Assembly (NCBI RefSeq): GCF_000446015.1
Contig: NC_022093.1
Location: forward strand, 1,718,260-1,750,259
Length of the DNA: 32,000 nucleotides
Reading direction: 5' to 3'
Source: Thermofilum adornatum
GTDB taxonomy: Archaea > Thermoproteota > Thermoprotei > Thermofilales > Thermofilaceae
This document shows positions 31,177-32,000 of the stretch, one piece after another. A program made the translations under genes and the position numbers. The notes beneath the pieces were generated by a model. That model ran no database searches, had not been told where the DNA came from, and worked only from the letters and a program-made list of their open reading frames with translations. Numbering within the stretch: the stretch's first letter is position 1; the number at the start of each line of letters is the position of its first letter.

Positions 31177-31479
31177 ATGCAGAGGCTAGGATGTACAGGC
31201 TGTGTGTACTTCAAGCCGCACGTCTATGTTCCCTACATAGGTTTCTGCAATGTTTATCGTACAGATGTTATCGATAGAGCCGCGCCATGTGAAAGCTTCA
31301 AGCCTGTATCCCTCGAGGACCTAGCCAAACACCTCGAAGAGAATGGGTGGCTCTACTGTATAAACTGTAGGAAAATCATCACTACAAGGGAAGAGCTCGA
31401 GAAACACTTTCAGGAACATGTTATAGCAAAAGAAGTTGTGATCGACACCTCTGTAGGCGAGGAGGCAGGTGGAGACTAG
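31177..31479 (+). CDS. Small Cys-rich protein with a C-terminal C2H2-type zinc-finger motif
   Basis: 100 aa. N-terminal C6-x2-C9-x14-C24-x13-C38. C-terminal YCINCRKIITTREELEKHFQEH equals C-x2-C-x12-H-x3-H with hydrophobic residues at the canonical F and L positions. It sits 4 nt after the ferredoxin stop, and its own stop abuts the next gene's GTG. Confidence 0.6.
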   Translation: MQRLGCTGCVYFKPHVYVPYIGFCNVYRTDVIDRAAPCESFKPVSLEDLAKHLEENGWLYCINCRKIITTREELEKHFQEHVIAKEVVIDTSVGEEAGGD

Positions 31480-32000
31480 TGCCCCTCACCGAATTAAACG
31501 CGATTTTGGGTGGACCTCAGGGTTCAGGAATAGAGACATCAATGATGATAATTGGCAGGGCACTGGCACGAAGGGGATACGGTTTTCTTGCAAACAGGGA
31601 GTATTTCTCTAACATTGTTGGGAGACACAGCTATATCCACCTACGCGTAAAGAGTGACGAATATCCTAGATCATTAACTTACCCAGTAGACCTGCTTGTT
31701 GCAATGGATGCTGAAACTATTTTTATGCATTTTGAAGACGTTTCGAACCGAGGCTTCATTGTATGTGATAATGCCTCTTTGCATAAAACTCTTGAAGAAG
31801 CACCTAGTATTGAGGACATAACGAGGGAAAGAATAAAGAAGAGATGCAATGAACTAGGACTAGACTGCAGTGTCGAATCTATTCTGAAATATCTAGCCGA
31901 AAAGAAGAAGGCTAGTCTCATATCGCTCCAATACGAGAAAATTATACGGGAGCTCTTTGATAAATACAAGATTGACCCTAGACAGCTTTCAAGATACTTG
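31480..32000 (+). CDS. 2-oxoacid:ferredoxin oxidoreductase, alpha (gamma-alpha fused) subunit, N-terminal part (3' end outside the window)
   Basis: The frame is open from the GTG at 31480 to the window end. LGGPQGSGIETSMMIIGRALARRGYGFLANREYFSNIVGRHSYIHLRV resembles the gamma-domain N-terminus of Sulfolobus/Aeropyrum-type OFOR a-subunits (GG.QG.G..T......A..G.......EY.SNI.GRHSY). Confidence 0.75.

Noticed and set aside
30816-31214. 132-aa minus-strand ORF.
   Set aside because: It is antisense to the well-supported ferredoxin gene and to the start of the C2H2 protein gene, and it has no recognisable motifs.

Overview
This window looks like an archaeal chromosomal segment, probably from a hyperthermophilic Thermoproteota-type organism. 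That placement is an inference from gene content (ADP-forming acetyl-CoA synthetase, a fused-type 2-oxoacid:ferredoxin oxidoreductase, a Pyrococcus-type single-cluster ferredoxin, a stand-alone LigD phosphoesterase), from T-rich TATA-like boxes 25-45 nt upstream of start codons, and from oligo-T tracts after operons. About 93% is coding and most genes are on the minus strand. I saw no rRNA, tRNA, CRISPR array, IS or integrase. All product calls rest on motifs read by eye; no database search was run.

Contents from left to right:
- The 3' part of an SMC/Rad50-like ATPase.
- A Roadblock/LC7 gene translationally coupled to one of two paralogous globin-coupled-sensor-like proteins.
- An orphan AbrB/VapB-like gene and a TauE/SafE permease.
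- Liv/HAAT ABC transporter no. 1 (binding protein, LivH, LivM, LivG, LivF) and a 2-hydroxyacid dehydrogenase.
- A nine-gene minus-strand operon: acyl-CoA synthetase, two alpha/beta hydrolases, a second Liv-type ABC transporter, a KAS III (FabH)-like protein and a second binding protein. A divergent HTH_10 regulator sits next to it.
- A thiolase plus a DUF35(OB)-SDR fusion.
- A secreted YiiX-like amidase divergent from a membrane-embedded alpha/beta hydrolase.
- ADP-forming acyl-CoA synthetase beta and alpha subunits.
- A stand-alone LigD-PE domain and a polyferredoxin.
- A frame-shifted APC permease.
- Ferredoxin, a small C2H2-type zinc-finger protein, and the 5' part of a 2-oxoacid:ferredoxin oxidoreductase.

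Most interesting observations:
1. A GGTTAAC-containing (semi)palindromic element sits just upstream of the TATA-like box of seven acyl-CoA/lipid-related promoters.
2. The uptake, hydrolase and CoA-ligase operon carries an embedded KAS III-like protein that keeps the nucleophilic Cys but lacks the FabH His/Asn pair.
3. A thiolase is start/stop-overlapped with a DUF35-ketoreductase fusion.
4. A globin-like paralogue pair lacks the proximal His and is coupled to Roadblock/LC7.
5. The APC permease has a frame break, and its 0-frame ends exactly at a G_GGT_TTT_TAG slippery-type heptamer.
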